From Christensenella sp. UBA1685 (GTDB taxonomy: Bacteria; Bacillota; Clostridia; Christensenellales; CAG-138): 64,000 nt of DNA. Both the position numbers and the translations under genes were made by a program. The notes below the pieces were generated by a model. It saw only the letters and a program-made list of their open reading frames with translations. It was not told the DNA's origin and did not search any database. Shown piece by piece: positions 29,220 to 38,110 of this stretch (position 1 is the first letter of the stretch; the number at the start of each line of letters is the position of its first letter). The DNA lies in assembly GCA_002320595.1 (NCBI GenBank), contig DCKB01000008.1, forward strand, positions 995-64,994. Reading direction: 5' to 3'.

Positions 29220-30101
29220 TTACTCCTCCCCTTCTTCCTCACCCGTTCCGGTGATCACCATAACCTCTTCCAAGTGGCCAAAATCCACGCTGGGCTGAAG
29301 CACTGCATTACGATCTGCAGAAGAGCCCTCCGTCCGCCGTGCAACCTCCGTCACCGTGCCGACTGTGATGCCTCTTGGGTACACGCTTCCCATCCCGTTG
29401 GTGATGATTACATCGCCCGGAACAAGGTCATATCCGGATGCAAGGAAATAAAGCTCCAGCATGTTGTCATCCCCGGCAGTGAGCGTGCCGCGCGTCAGGC
29501 CGATATCGCGCGTACGATCCACCATAACGGAAACCTCCGTGCTGGAATCGATAATGGAGGTAACTTTGCTCCAAGTTGCGCCTACCTCCGTAATGCGTCC
29601 CACAAGGCCGTCCGCATTCACAACAGCCATATCCTTTTGAATCCCTTTGTTTCGGCCTGCATTGATCGTGAACACATCAAACCATATCCCCTGGCTGTTG
29701 CCAATGACGGCCGCCGTCACAAACGTATAATCCGAAGAAACCCCGGAATAGTTCAGCAGTTCCTTCAGGCGTTCGTTTTCTGCCCGAAGCTTTTCGTTTT
29801 CCTCCGCTACGCCTTCAAGCTGCGCAAGGCGCGCCGAAAGCTGTTCCAGTGCCTTATCCGCATCCGTTGTCTTAAAGATGCGCTGAAAAAATCCGATGAT
29901 GCTGTCCGAAGCTTTGGAAGCGAATGTCTGCACCGGCTGCACGACCGCTCCCACCGTGCTTTCAAGCCACGAAACAGAGCGTTCGCCAGAGGTTGCAAAC
30001 GCCAAAATGCCCAAAAGCACGATGGCTATGAGCATGATGACGAAAGGTTTGTTTTTAAATAAACCGCGCAACCGCTTCCTCCTTGGCCGCATGAAAAGCA
30101 A
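29220..30101 (-). CDS. mreC: rod shape-determining protein MreC
   Basis: TM anchor, a coiled-coil (LEQLSARLAQLEGVAEENEKLRAENERLKELL) and a beta-barrel C-domain. An alternative TTG start at 30071 has a better SD (AGGAGG, 6 nt). Confidence 0.88.
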   Translation of the reverse strand: MLFMRPRRKRLRGLFKNKPFVIMLIAIVLLGILAFATSGERSVSWLESTVGAVVQPVQTFASKASDSIIGFFQRIFKTTDADKALEQLSARLAQLEGVAEENEKLRAENERLKELLNYSGVSSDYTFVTAAVIGNSQGIWFDVFTINAGRNKGIQKDMAVVNADGLVGRITEVGATWSKVTSIIDSSTEVSVMVDRTRDIGLTRGTLTAGDDNMLELYFLASGYDLVPGDVIITNGMGSVYPRGITVGTVTEVARRTEGSSADRNAVLQPSVDFGHLEEVMVITGTGEEEGEE

Positions 30102-30192
30102 GCCTTTTCGGCTGGATTCTTGCTATCCTATTATACTTGCAAGGCGCGGCGCTTGCAAGGCGTTGGGAAAAATCGTCACAGTATGTTAAGAA

Positions 30193-31227
30193 TCACGCTT
30201 CGAGCGTGTGGACCGCTTCTGCGAAGGCTTCCTGCCGGTCCAGCATCCTGAGCGCGCCGAGCGCCACGCAATCCAGCGGGCTTTCCTCTACGCGCACGGG
30301 CATGCCCGTTTCCTGAGAAATCAACCGGTCCAGCCCCCTTAGCTCCGCGCCGCCGCCCGTAAGCGTAATGCCGCCGCAGTAGAGGTCGCCCGCAAGTTCC
30401 GGCGGCGTTTCGGAAAGCGCGTCCTTCACCGCTGCCACGATGCGCTGCACCGCGGGCGCTATCGCATGCGCAACCTCGCCGGCGTTCAAAATCAAGCTGG
30501 TGGGCAAGCCGGTATCCAGTTTTCTGCCGCGCACCTGCATGCGCTCCGTGCCGCCCGGCAGCGCGTTTCCAAGCGCAATCTTAATTTCCTCTGCCGTGCG
30601 CTCGCCGACCATGACCCCGTGCGCCTTTTGCACATGCTCACGGACGGCTGCATCAAGATGCGTACCGCCCGTGCGCACGGAAGCTGAAGCAGCAATGCCG
30701 CCAAGCGCCAGCACTGCAACGTCCGTCGTGCCTCCGCCAATGTCGACCACCATGGATCCTATCGGCTCAAACACGGGTAAATCCGCCCCTATGGCGGCTG
30801 CAAGCGGTTCGTCCAGCATCAGCACATCGCGCGCGCCTGCGCCGCGCGCCGCATCGGCAAGTGCCCTGCGTTCCACTTCCGTAACGCAAAGCGGAAGGCA
30901 CAGCACAAGGCGCACGCCGAGCGCCCCAACTTTATGGCCAAGCGCCGCTTGTATAAAGTATTTCAGCATTTCTGCGGAAAGCGCATAATCCGCCACAACG
31001 CCATCCCGCATCGGATATACGACGTTGATACCACCCGGCGTGCGGCCGAGCATCTGCATGGCCTCCCTGCCGAATGCGAGCGGTTCACGCCGCTCGTCCG
31101 CTGAAACGGCCACTGCGCTCGGTTCTCGCAGCACAATGCCGCGCCCCTTGATTGCGATGAGCGTATTTACGGTTCCGAAATCGATGGCAATATTGCGCAT
31201 CAGTAAACCGGAAAGATTCAAACACAT
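30193..31227 (-). CDS. mreB: rod shape-determining protein MreB
   Basis: Actin-fold motifs IAIDFGTVNT, VVDIGGGTTDVAV, GGITLTGGGA. Start chosen at ATG 31227 (GGGAGG 9 nt upstream); the track starts at 31248. Confidence 0.9.
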   Translation of the reverse strand: MCLNLSGLLMRNIAIDFGTVNTLIAIKGRGIVLREPSAVAVSADERREPLAFGREAMQMLGRTPGGINVVYPMRDGVVADYALSAEMLKYFIQAALGHKVGALGVRLVLCLPLCVTEVERRALADAARGAGARDVLMLDEPLAAAIGADLPVFEPIGSMVVDIGGGTTDVAVLALGGIAASASVRTGGTHLDAAVREHVQKAHGVMVGERTAEEIKIALGNALPGGTERMQVRGRKLDTGLPTSLILNAGEVAHAIAPAVQRIVAAVKDALSETPPELAGDLYCGGITLTGGGAELRGLDRLISQETGMPVRVEESPLDCVALGALRMLDRQEAFAEAVHTLEA

Positions 31228-31352
31228 CCTGACATACCTCCCGTTCATCCACAGTTCTGGAATGATGGAAAGTATTGCCTGTTTTCGTGCGCGTTATACG
31301 CCTTTATGTTATACTATATAGGTTATCTTATGAAACAGGAGAAGCCGTCTTT

Positions 31353-32756
31353 ATGCGTTTAATCCTTGCTTCCCAGTCCCCGCGGCGGCGCGAAATGCTT
31401 GCGTTGATGGGCTATGCGTATGAAATCGTTGTAAGCGATGCGGATGAGCATGTGCCGCCCTGCGCACCCGGAGCGTTTGTAGAAAGGCTGGCCCTGCGCA
31501 AGGCTGAGGCCGTATTTGCATCTTACGGAGACTGCTGCGTTGTCGGTGCGGACACAATTGCTTATCTTGATGGGAGCATCATCGGCAAACCCGCGGACGC
31601 TTCGGACGCGTTTCGCATTCTTCGCACGCTCAGCGGGCGCACGCACACCGTCTATACAGGTGTCGCAGTGCTTACCGGCACGCGCCGCATCGTTTTCCAT
31701 GATGCGGCGGAGGTCACATTTGCTCCGCTTTCGGACGAGGAGATCCATGCATACATCGCCACGGGTGAGCCGCTTGACAAAGCCGGCGCTTACGGCATTC
31801 AAGGCCCGGGCTCGCTGCTTGTGGAACGCCTCGAGGGCTGTTATTTCACCATCATCGGCATGCCGAACCCGAAGCTTTACCGTGCGCTGCGCTCCGTCGG
31901 CATACTGCCGGAGTGGATGGAGAATTACGTTAAAATGGCGTTGCTTCCCCGCGACAAATTCGATGTTTCGAACCTTTCCGCTTTAATAGAGTTATCTGAT
32001 GAAGCCTTTAATCCATTGGCTAATGCAGCGCTCACTTGGATTCAAGACATGAATTGGCCGGTTGCGCCCATAATGCTGTCCGTGCTTCAAAAGCATGAAG
32101 CGATTCTCGCTGACCCAATCTCAGAAGTGTTTTCCGGGAATGATTTCATATGGCAAGTCAACATAATGAATGAACTCTTCCCGCTTCTTTCTCTTAAAAC
32201 GCAGAAAGCGCTTTATTCGATTATCACACAAATCGCCGAGCGAATTCCGGCGCAAGATGAAGATGAAGCTGAACTCATCCGTTTGGCGAAAGCAGCATTA
32301 AAAAATAAGTTTGGGCAGAAGGTAGGGCCGTGCTGCACGGTCAGCCCCCTTGGCTCGCTTGAGAATTACAAATATGTCGTCGTGCTTTCCGAATATAAAG
32401 GCCGGATTCTCCTGAGCCGCCACAGAGAGCGCGCGACGTGGGAGACGCAAGGCGGGCATATCGAGCCCGGTGAAACGCCTCTGCAAGCAGCGCGGCGTGA
32501 GTTGTTTGAGGAAAGTGGCGCTAAGAAATTCGATCTTATTCCAATATGCGATTACTGCGTAAAGCGAAACGAAGGTGCAGCAAGCGGTGTCGTATTCGCT
32601 GCAAGGATTGCGCGGCTTGCACAGCTTCCGGAAAGCGAAATCGCAGAGGTGTGCACGTTTGACGCACTGCCCGACGCACTCACCTACCCTGACATCACAC
32701 CGTATCTGTTTTCGGAAGCGCGGCGGCAGGGTCTGTTTTCATTTATGGAGGCGTAA
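31353..32756 (+). CDS. maf: tri-domain fusion: Maf nucleoside-triphosphate pyrophosphatase + DUF5071-like module + NUDIX hydrolase
   Basis: The N-terminus MRLILASQSPRRREML...DKAGAYGIQG... is Maf. The middle (about 31,920-32,310), LPRDKFDVSNL...LTWIQDMNWPVAPIML..., resembles DUF5071. The C-terminus has the NUDIX box GGHIEPGETPLQAARRELFEESGA. It is one uninterrupted frame. Start at ATG 31353 after AGGAGAAG. Confidence 0.8.
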   Translation: MRLILASQSPRRREMLALMGYAYEIVVSDADEHVPPCAPGAFVERLALRKAEAVFASYGDCCVVGADTIAYLDGSIIGKPADASDAFRILRTLSGRTHTVYTGVAVLTGTRRIVFHDAAEVTFAPLSDEEIHAYIATGEPLDKAGAYGIQGPGSLLVERLEGCYFTIIGMPNPKLYRALRSVGILPEWMENYVKMALLPRDKFDVSNLSALIELSDEAFNPLANAALTWIQDMNWPVAPIMLSVLQKHEAILADPISEVFSGNDFIWQVNIMNELFPLLSLKTQKALYSIITQIAERIPAQDEDEAELIRLAKAALKNKFGQKVGPCCTVSPLGSLENYKYVVVLSEYKGRILLSRHRERATWETQGGHIEPGETPLQAARRELFEESGAKKFDLIPICDYCVKRNEGAASGVVFAARIARLAQLPESEIAEVCTFDALPDALTYPDITPYLFSEARRQGLFSFMEA

Positions 32757-32758
32757 GC

Positions 32759-33253
32759 GTGGAACTTTGGGATGCTTATTATGAAGACGGCACGCCCGCC
32801 GGACGCGACCTTATCCGCGGAGAAACGGTTCCGGAAGGGCTGTATCACCTCGTCAGCGAAGTCCTTGTACAGCATGCTGACGGCGATTTTCTTCTGATGC
32901 AGCGGGCATTCACAAAGCCCAACGCCCCCGGCCTCTATGAGGCCACAGCGGGCGGAAGCGCGCTCAAGGGTGAAACCGCGGAAGAAGCCGCAAAGCGCGA
33001 GCTGCTGGAGGAAACGGGGATCTCGGCAGAGCGCTTTATGCCGCTGTACCGCACCGTCAGCCATGACACGATCTATCACGGCTATTTCTGCCGCGTTAAT
33101 TGCAGCAAAAATGCCGTCACGCTGCAGGACGACGAAACGGTGTCTTATCTTTGGCTCTCCCGAGATGCTTTCCTTGCGCTGCTGCGATCGGAGCAATACG
33201 TTCTGAGCCACAGGGAGCGGCTTTTGCCGAATTTGGGGCGTGTATTGCGTTGA
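32759..33253 (+). CDS. NUDIX hydrolase
   Basis: NUDIX box GGSALKGETAEEAAKRELLEETGI. GTG start 2 nt after the preceding stop, with GGAGG 7 nt upstream. Confidence 0.85.
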   Translation: MELWDAYYEDGTPAGRDLIRGETVPEGLYHLVSEVLVQHADGDFLLMQRAFTKPNAPGLYEATAGGSALKGETAEEAAKRELLEETGISAERFMPLYRTVSHDTIYHGYFCRVNCSKNAVTLQDDETVSYLWLSRDAFLALLRSEQYVLSHRERLLPNLGRVLR

Positions 33254-33259
33254 ACTATA

Positions 33260-33292
33260 AAAGCGGATAAGCTGCGCCCATCCGCTTTTTTG
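33260..33292 (+). terminator. intrinsic terminator after the NUDIX gene
   Basis: AAAGCGGAT-(11 nt)-ATCCGCTTT followed by TTTTGTTT. Confidence 0.65.
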
Positions 33293-33296
33293 TTTC

Positions 33297-34058
33297 TTAT
33301 CCCCGCATTTTCCTCGCAAGCTCATAAATGAGAATCCCGGCTGCAACGGATGCGTTGAGCGATTCTGCAAAGCCATACATGGGCAAGCGGTATGTTTGGC
33401 ACTGCGCAGCGATGGCGTCCGAAACACCGTTTCCTTCGTTTCCGATTACAAGCACGCACTTTTCACCCGGTTCCGGCAGCACGTCCGCGCCCTTGAGATG
33501 CCCGCATACAAGCGTGAAGCCCTGCGCGGCAAGGCGTGCGACTTCGTTTTCAAGGTTTCCCTGCCAGACCGGGATGTGGTAGATCGACCCCATCGCAGCG
33601 CGAAGCGGCTTAGGGGCATATGGGTCGGCACATCCTTCGCCAAGCAGCAGGCCGCAAGCTCCCATCGCATCCGCCGTGCGCAGGATCGTGCCGAGGTTGC
33701 CGGGATCCTGTACGCAATCAAGCGCCACGATCAACCCCGCAGGGTAGTACTCAGGAATGGGCTGTTCCGGCGTTTTTACCGTTGCGCACACCCATTGCGG
33801 CGTTCCGGTCTGCGTCAGGCTTTCCATCACACTGCGGCGCACCGTGTATACATTCGCGCCGCTGCCGGAGAGCACGGCAGCCATCAGGTCATGCCCATCC
33901 TCTATGAAAGCATCCACAAACTGCGCACCGGAAACCACAGCTTCGCGCACCAGCTTTTCCCCTTCAATGAAGTGTACGCCCTGTTCCAGCCTTCCTTTGC
34001 GCTGCGCGAGTGCGCGCGCGCGTTTGACCGTTTCATTGCGCGTGCTTTCAATCACCAT
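33297..34058 (-). CDS. TrmH/SpoU-family RNA 2'-O-methyltransferase (RlmB-like)
   Basis: N-terminal substrate-binding domain plus a SpoU methylase core (LDCVQDPGNLGTILRTADAMG...VIGNEGNGVS...ESLNASVAAGILIYE). Start taken at ATG 34058, 7 nt after GGGAGG. Confidence 0.85.
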   Translation of the reverse strand: MVIESTRNETVKRARALAQRKGRLEQGVHFIEGEKLVREAVVSGAQFVDAFIEDGHDLMAAVLSGSGANVYTVRRSVMESLTQTGTPQWVCATVKTPEQPIPEYYPAGLIVALDCVQDPGNLGTILRTADAMGACGLLLGEGCADPYAPKPLRAAMGSIYHIPVWQGNLENEVARLAAQGFTLVCGHLKGADVLPEPGEKCVLVIGNEGNGVSDAIAAQCQTYRLPMYGFAESLNASVAAGILIYELARKMRG

Positions 34059-34087
34059 ACCATGGCCTCCCGAAACCATTCAACGTA

Positions 34088-34124
34088 TGAAAAAGCCGCC
34101 CGGAAAGGATCCTTTGCGGACGGC
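34088..34124 (-). terminator. intrinsic terminator after rplT
   Basis: The minus strand reads GCCGUCCGCAAAGGAUCCUUUCCGGGCGGC, a long hairpin with one G-U pair, followed by UUUUUCA. Confidence 0.7.
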
Positions 34125-34138
34125 CATTGCGCTATTTC

Positions 34139-34495
34139 TTACGCACGCGCCTGATTGGCAACGTTCACGAGCTCGCGGAACGCATTCATGTCGTTCACGG
34201 CGAGATCGGCGAGAACCTTGCGGTTCACATCGACGCCGGCCAGCTTCAGGCCGTTGATCATGCGGCTGTACGTAGTGCCGCAGATGCGGGCGCCCGCATT
34301 GATGCGCGCGATCCACAGCTTGCGGTATTCGCGCTTCTTCAGCTTGCGTCCGACATAGGCATAAGCCATGGACTTCATGACCTGCTGCGAAGCTGCGCGA
34401 TACTGCTTGCTCTTTGCTCCGTAATAGCCCTTTGCGAGCTTGAATACCTTGCGACGTTTTTTAACGGCGTTTACCGCCCTCTTAATCCTTGCCAT
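34139..34495 (-). CDS. rplT: 50S ribosomal protein L20
   Basis: [30 protein letters not shown]... is the canonical L20 sequence. Confidence 0.97.
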   Translation of the reverse strand: MARIKRAVNAVKKRRKVFKLAKGYYGAKSKQYRAASQQVMKSMAYAYVGRKLKKREYRKLWIARINAGARICGTTYSRMINGLKLAGVDVNRKVLADLAVNDMNAFRELVNVANQARA

Positions 34496-34510
34496 TGTTG
34501 GTCTTCCTCC

Positions 34511-34708
34511 TTACTTATACGGAATGAGCTCGCGAACCTTCTTGGCTTCGCACTCGGCAATATAGCCGGTTTGGCGCAGGCCGCGCAGGCGCTTGGTGGT
34601 CTTCTTCGTCAGGATATGGCTCTTGTAAGCCTTGCCCCTTTTGATCTTGCCGTTTTTCGTAAGGCTGAATCTCTTGGCAGCACCCCTGTGGGTCTTGATC
34701 TTTGGCAT
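34511..34708 (-). CDS. rpmI: 50S ribosomal protein L35
   Basis: MPKIKTHRGAAKRFSLTKNGKIKRGKAYKSHILTKK... is the canonical L35 sequence. Confidence 0.97.
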   Translation of the reverse strand: MPKIKTHRGAAKRFSLTKNGKIKRGKAYKSHILTKKTTKRLRGLRQTGYIAECEAKKVRELIPYK

Positions 34709-34737
34709 GGGGTATTTCCTCCTCTTGGAAAAATAGT

Positions 34738-35253
34738 TTAGTTTGCTTTTGGTGCAAGTATCATGAACATATTGCGTCCCTCCTGCTTTGCAGGGCGGTC
34801 GATCGCAGCACTGTCCTTGACCATTTCAAAAAACGCGTTCATCACATCCAGCCCGATGTCGCCGTGTCTGGCCTGGCGCCCCTTGAAGCGGATCGAAACC
34901 TTAACCTTGTTTCCGTCGCTCAGGAACTTGGTGCAGGCCTTTGCCTTAACTTCCATGTCATGCTGGTCGATGGTGGCCGAAAGGCGAATCTCCTTGATCT
35001 CGATCACCTTTTGGTTCTTCTTTTGTTCCTTTTCGCGCTTCGTCTGCTCGAAGCGGTATTTGCCGTAATCCATAATCTTGCACACGGGCGGCACCGCCTG
35101 CGGCGCGATCTTAACCAGATCAAGGTCGGCCTCCTCGGCCATGCGCAGCGCCACATCGAGCGCCACAACGCCTTGCTGGTTGCCTTTTTCATCGATCAGT
35201 CGGACTTCCCTGTCCCGGATTTCCTCGTTGATCAGGAGTTCTTGGCTGGCTAT
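34738..35253 (-). CDS. infC: translation initiation factor IF-3, probable ATA start codon
   Basis: IF-3 homology begins at ...SQELLINEEIRDREVRLIDEKG. The only codon at proper distance (8 nt) from the GGAGG at 35266-35262 is ATA (35253-35251). The GTG at 35262 overlaps the SD. The track's TTG start at 35313 lies inside the leader terminator hairpin. Confidence 0.85.
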   Translation of the reverse strand: MASQELLINEEIRDREVRLIDEKGNQQGVVALDVALRMAEEADLDLVKIAPQAVPPVCKIMDYGKYRFEQTKREKEQKKNQKVIEIKEIRLSATIDQHDMEVKAKACTKFLSDGNKVKVSIRFKGRQARHGDIGLDVMNAFFEMVKDSAAIDRPAKQEGRNMFMILAPKAN

Positions 35254-35266
35254 GGTGGACACCTCC

Positions 35267-35406
35267 GTATAAAATAAAATAGTGAGCGCAGAACGCCCAC
35301 TATGGAAGTACAACCTGTTTCAAGCCTTTGCAGGCTTTGGTGTTGTTCCGTAAACCACGCCTGACGCTGAGCCGGCGGGTGAGAAGCGGGGCTTCTGCTT
35401 TGCAAC
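35267..35406 (-). promoter_or_regulatory. infC-rpmI-rplT leader with terminator-type attenuator (L20-leader-like)
   Basis: About 140-nt untranslated leader between the promoter and the infC SD. It ends in AGUGGGCG-uucu-GCGCUCACU (35301-35281) followed by AUUUUAUUUU immediately before the SD. This matches the architecture of the Firmicutes L20 leader. Confidence 0.6.
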
Positions 35407-35412
35407 ACTCAT

Positions 35413-35441
35413 ATTATAGGGAACGCATGTGCCTTTGTCAA
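35413..35441 (-). promoter_or_regulatory. consensus sigma-A promoter of the infC operon
   Basis: On the minus strand TTGACA (35441-35436), exactly 17 nt, then TATAAT (35418-35413). Confidence 0.7.
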
Positions 35442-36742
35442 GCGTTTTTTACCCATTCTGCTACGGTTTTAAACACAAAGCGGTTGCGCAGCCAAATGTT
35501 GTAAAAATCGATTTCCGGCAATGGTGCGGAACGCGTGCCGATTTCGATGGTGAGCGACGGGATGCCAAGCTTGCTGCTCGCCCAATCCTTATACCCTCCA
35601 AAGGATTTTCCATCGTCAAACTCCACCGAATACCCGGCCAGTTCCCCGATTACCAGCGCAAGCGCATGCGCTGCTTTATCCGCCTCGGAAGCGGGGCCAA
35701 ACTGCCAGTAAATCATACTGCCCGTAGCGTGATAGCTGATGGTTGCATCAAACGCATATTGCCTTGTGTATGAAACAAGGGCCTGTGTTTCCGGCTCGCT
35801 TTCCGGCGCCTCGCCCCGGTAATCCCCTGACGAAGGGGCTGCAACCGTGTTCACGCTTTCCCACATTGCATCAAAGTTGCGGTTGATGTCCACGCCGTTG
35901 TAATTCGCCTTCCATTCGCGGAGGTATTCCTCCCCTTCCGCCTCAGTTAAGCCGGCGGCATAATCGTTCACATAAAGCTGCCGCGTGTGCTCATCATATG
36001 CGGCCTCCTGACTGATCTTCACCCCATCCGGGTTGGTCATTGGGATAACGTGAAAGCATACCTGTGGGTTGCCGCCGCTCCGGAGCCATGATTCGGACAG
36101 GGCCATTGCGAGAAGGGAAGTCATGTGCTCGCGCGCATGGATCGCAGCCTGCACCAACACGTGATGCGGAGCGTTTACCTCCCCCATTATCAGAGCAGGA
36201 ATTTCAACGCCACGCACGCTCTGTCCAATAATGGAGACGCTTGCAAGCGCAGGATATGCTGCAGCGAGCGCATCCATATCCGCACGCATCTGTTCATAGG
36301 TATAGCAATCCGTGATCTTAACCGTCTCGCAGTCAAACACATCCTCTTCCGGCTTAAGATACCCCGCGATCACATAGCCTTTCGTTCCGTTGGAAAGCGT
36401 CTCAACGTAGGCGTAGTTTTTCACATATTCCATCACGCGCACGCGCTCCCCTTTTGCAAGAGTCCCTGCAAGTTCAGCCCGTGAAGAAGGCTCTTTCCGC
36501 ATGTTGATGGCATCTTCGCACTCCACAACGAACGCGCCTGCAACCGCAGAGGGAGACAGCGTTGGCTCCGCCGTCCGGGTTGGTTCAAACGTCGGCGCAG
36601 GCTCTGTCAAAGCCGGTTCAGGCGTGCTTGCCGCCGGGGATTGCTGCGCGTCCGGCGTAGCCGTGCCCACCGCTCCCTGATTTGCGCACGCACAAAAGAA
36701 CAGACATACGCACACCAACAAATACGCCGCATACCGCTTCAT
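35438..36742 (-). CDS. M14-family zinc carboxypeptidase lipoprotein with an SH3b domain (gamma-D-glutamyl-meso-DAP peptidase-like)
   Basis: Lipobox LFFCAC, a Pro/Thr/Ala linker, an SH3b-like segment (INMRKEPSSRAELAGTLAKGERVRVMEY), and the zinc motif HAREH of the M14 family. Confidence 0.75.
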   Translation of the reverse strand: MKRYAAYLLVCVCLFFCACANQGAVGTATPDAQQSPAASTPEPALTEPAPTFEPTRTAEPTLSPSAVAGAFVVECEDAINMRKEPSSRAELAGTLAKGERVRVMEYVKNYAYVETLSNGTKGYVIAGYLKPEEDVFDCETVKITDCYTYEQMRADMDALAAAYPALASVSIIGQSVRGVEIPALIMGEVNAPHHVLVQAAIHAREHMTSLLAMALSESWLRSGGNPQVCFHVIPMTNPDGVKISQEAAYDEHTRQLYVNDYAAGLTEAEGEEYLREWKANYNGVDINRNFDAMWESVNTVAAPSSGDYRGEAPESEPETQALVSYTRQYAFDATISYHATGSMIYWQFGPASEADKAAHALALVIGELAGYSVEFDDGKSFGGYKDWASSKLGIPSLTIEIGTRSAPLPEIDFYNIWLRNRFVFKTVAEWVKNA

Positions 36743-36748
36743 CCATCC

Positions 36749-37954
36749 TTACCCCCTCATCCATTTTTTAAGGTATCCCTCAAACTGTGCAAGCAGTTCC
36801 GCAAAGCCCGTTTGTGCCTTTGCGCTGCCCTGTGCCGCATCGTCCCGTCCCCCGCCTTTTCCGCCTGTCATCGCATTGAGCGCAGCGCAGGCTTCCCGCA
36901 TGCTGAACGGAACGCCTGCCGCACGTGAAAGTTGGTAATACACCGTATCCCCCACATGGGAAAACAGGACGGCCACAACCCGTTCCTCTCCGCAGAGCTT
37001 CTCCGCAAATGACTTCAACTCCTGCGCGTTTAAGCCATCCTCCGCATGAACAACCAGCTTTGTGCCGCACACGGGTTCTGCAGATTGCATCAAACCTGCC
37101 GCACGGTACGCAAGCAGCGCTTCTGTGCGCATGCGCAGCTCGCGCTTTGCCGCCGCAAGCTCATCGCCCTGTTTCACGACGGCCGCAAGCACATTTTCAG
37201 GCTTCGTGCTGAAGCGCCGGGCCAGCTTGTCCGCAAGAAGGGCATTTTTCTGTGCATCCGCAACGGCCCGCATGCCACAGGCAAACCAAAGCCGCGTGCC
37301 GCCCTTATAGTTCATATGCGCAGTGATTTTTATGGCCCCCACTTCGCCGCTTCGGGCGCAATGCGTGCCGCAACAGGTGCAGGAATCCACGCCGCCACAC
37401 CATACGATGCGGATGTCCTCCCCCGTAAGACCCTTTGCGCGTTTGCGGAGGGGGATTGCGTCAAGTTCTGCGCCGCTTACGATGCGCGTTTCCGTCTGCA
37501 CATTGCGCTGCACGGCACGGTTGGCCTCCGTTTCAAGCAAGCAAAGCTGTTCTTCGTTAAGCGGCAGGTCAAGGTCGATGGTTGCATAGTCCTCCGCCAT
37601 ATGGAAGCCCACATTCACCGCGCCAAACAGGGTTTTGGCAAGGCCTGAAAGGATGTGTTCCCCCGTATGCTGCTGGGTGTGATCCAACCTCGGTTCCGGA
37701 TCAAATGCCACATGAACCGTTGCTCCAACAGGCAACGTCCGATCCGTTCGGTGCCAAATTTCACCGTTCGACTCGCGCGCATGCGATACGCATGCATCCG
37801 CTATGCGTCCCGTATCGGAAAGTTGGCCCCCACCTTCGGGGTAAATCACGGTTGCATCCAGCAAAATATCATATCCGTCTTCCGTCTTTTCAGAGGCGAG
37901 AACCGTTGCCTCACATTCGATACGTTCCGAGTCATAATATAGTTTCTTCGTCAT
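36749..37954 (-). CDS. alaX: alanyl-tRNA editing protein AlaX-L (AlaRS editing domain + DHHA1)
   Basis: HTGEHIL (HxxxH) and CCGTHC (CxxxH) editing-site zinc motifs, plus a C-terminal GGGKGGGRDDAAQG DHHA1-type tail. Confidence 0.8.
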   Translation of the reverse strand: MTKKLYYDSERIECEATVLASEKTEDGYDILLDATVIYPEGGGQLSDTGRIADACVSHARESNGEIWHRTDRTLPVGATVHVAFDPEPRLDHTQQHTGEHILSGLAKTLFGAVNVGFHMAEDYATIDLDLPLNEEQLCLLETEANRAVQRNVQTETRIVSGAELDAIPLRKRAKGLTGEDIRIVWCGGVDSCTCCGTHCARSGEVGAIKITAHMNYKGGTRLWFACGMRAVADAQKNALLADKLARRFSTKPENVLAAVVKQGDELAAAKRELRMRTEALLAYRAAGLMQSAEPVCGTKLVVHAEDGLNAQELKSFAEKLCGEERVVAVLFSHVGDTVYYQLSRAAGVPFSMREACAALNAMTGGKGGGRDDAAQGSAKAQTGFAELLAQFEGYLKKWMRG

Positions 37955-38110
37955 CTTCCGCGTTTCCTGTCATATCTGCCAATATTTTGAAATATATTAT
38001 TTAAGATTATAGCATATCTCTTGCCGCGGCGCACCTTTGTTTGCTATGATGATGAGGTGAAAACGCCCTTCGTTAACATAATATTTACAAACGCACGACA
38101 GGAGGAACCC

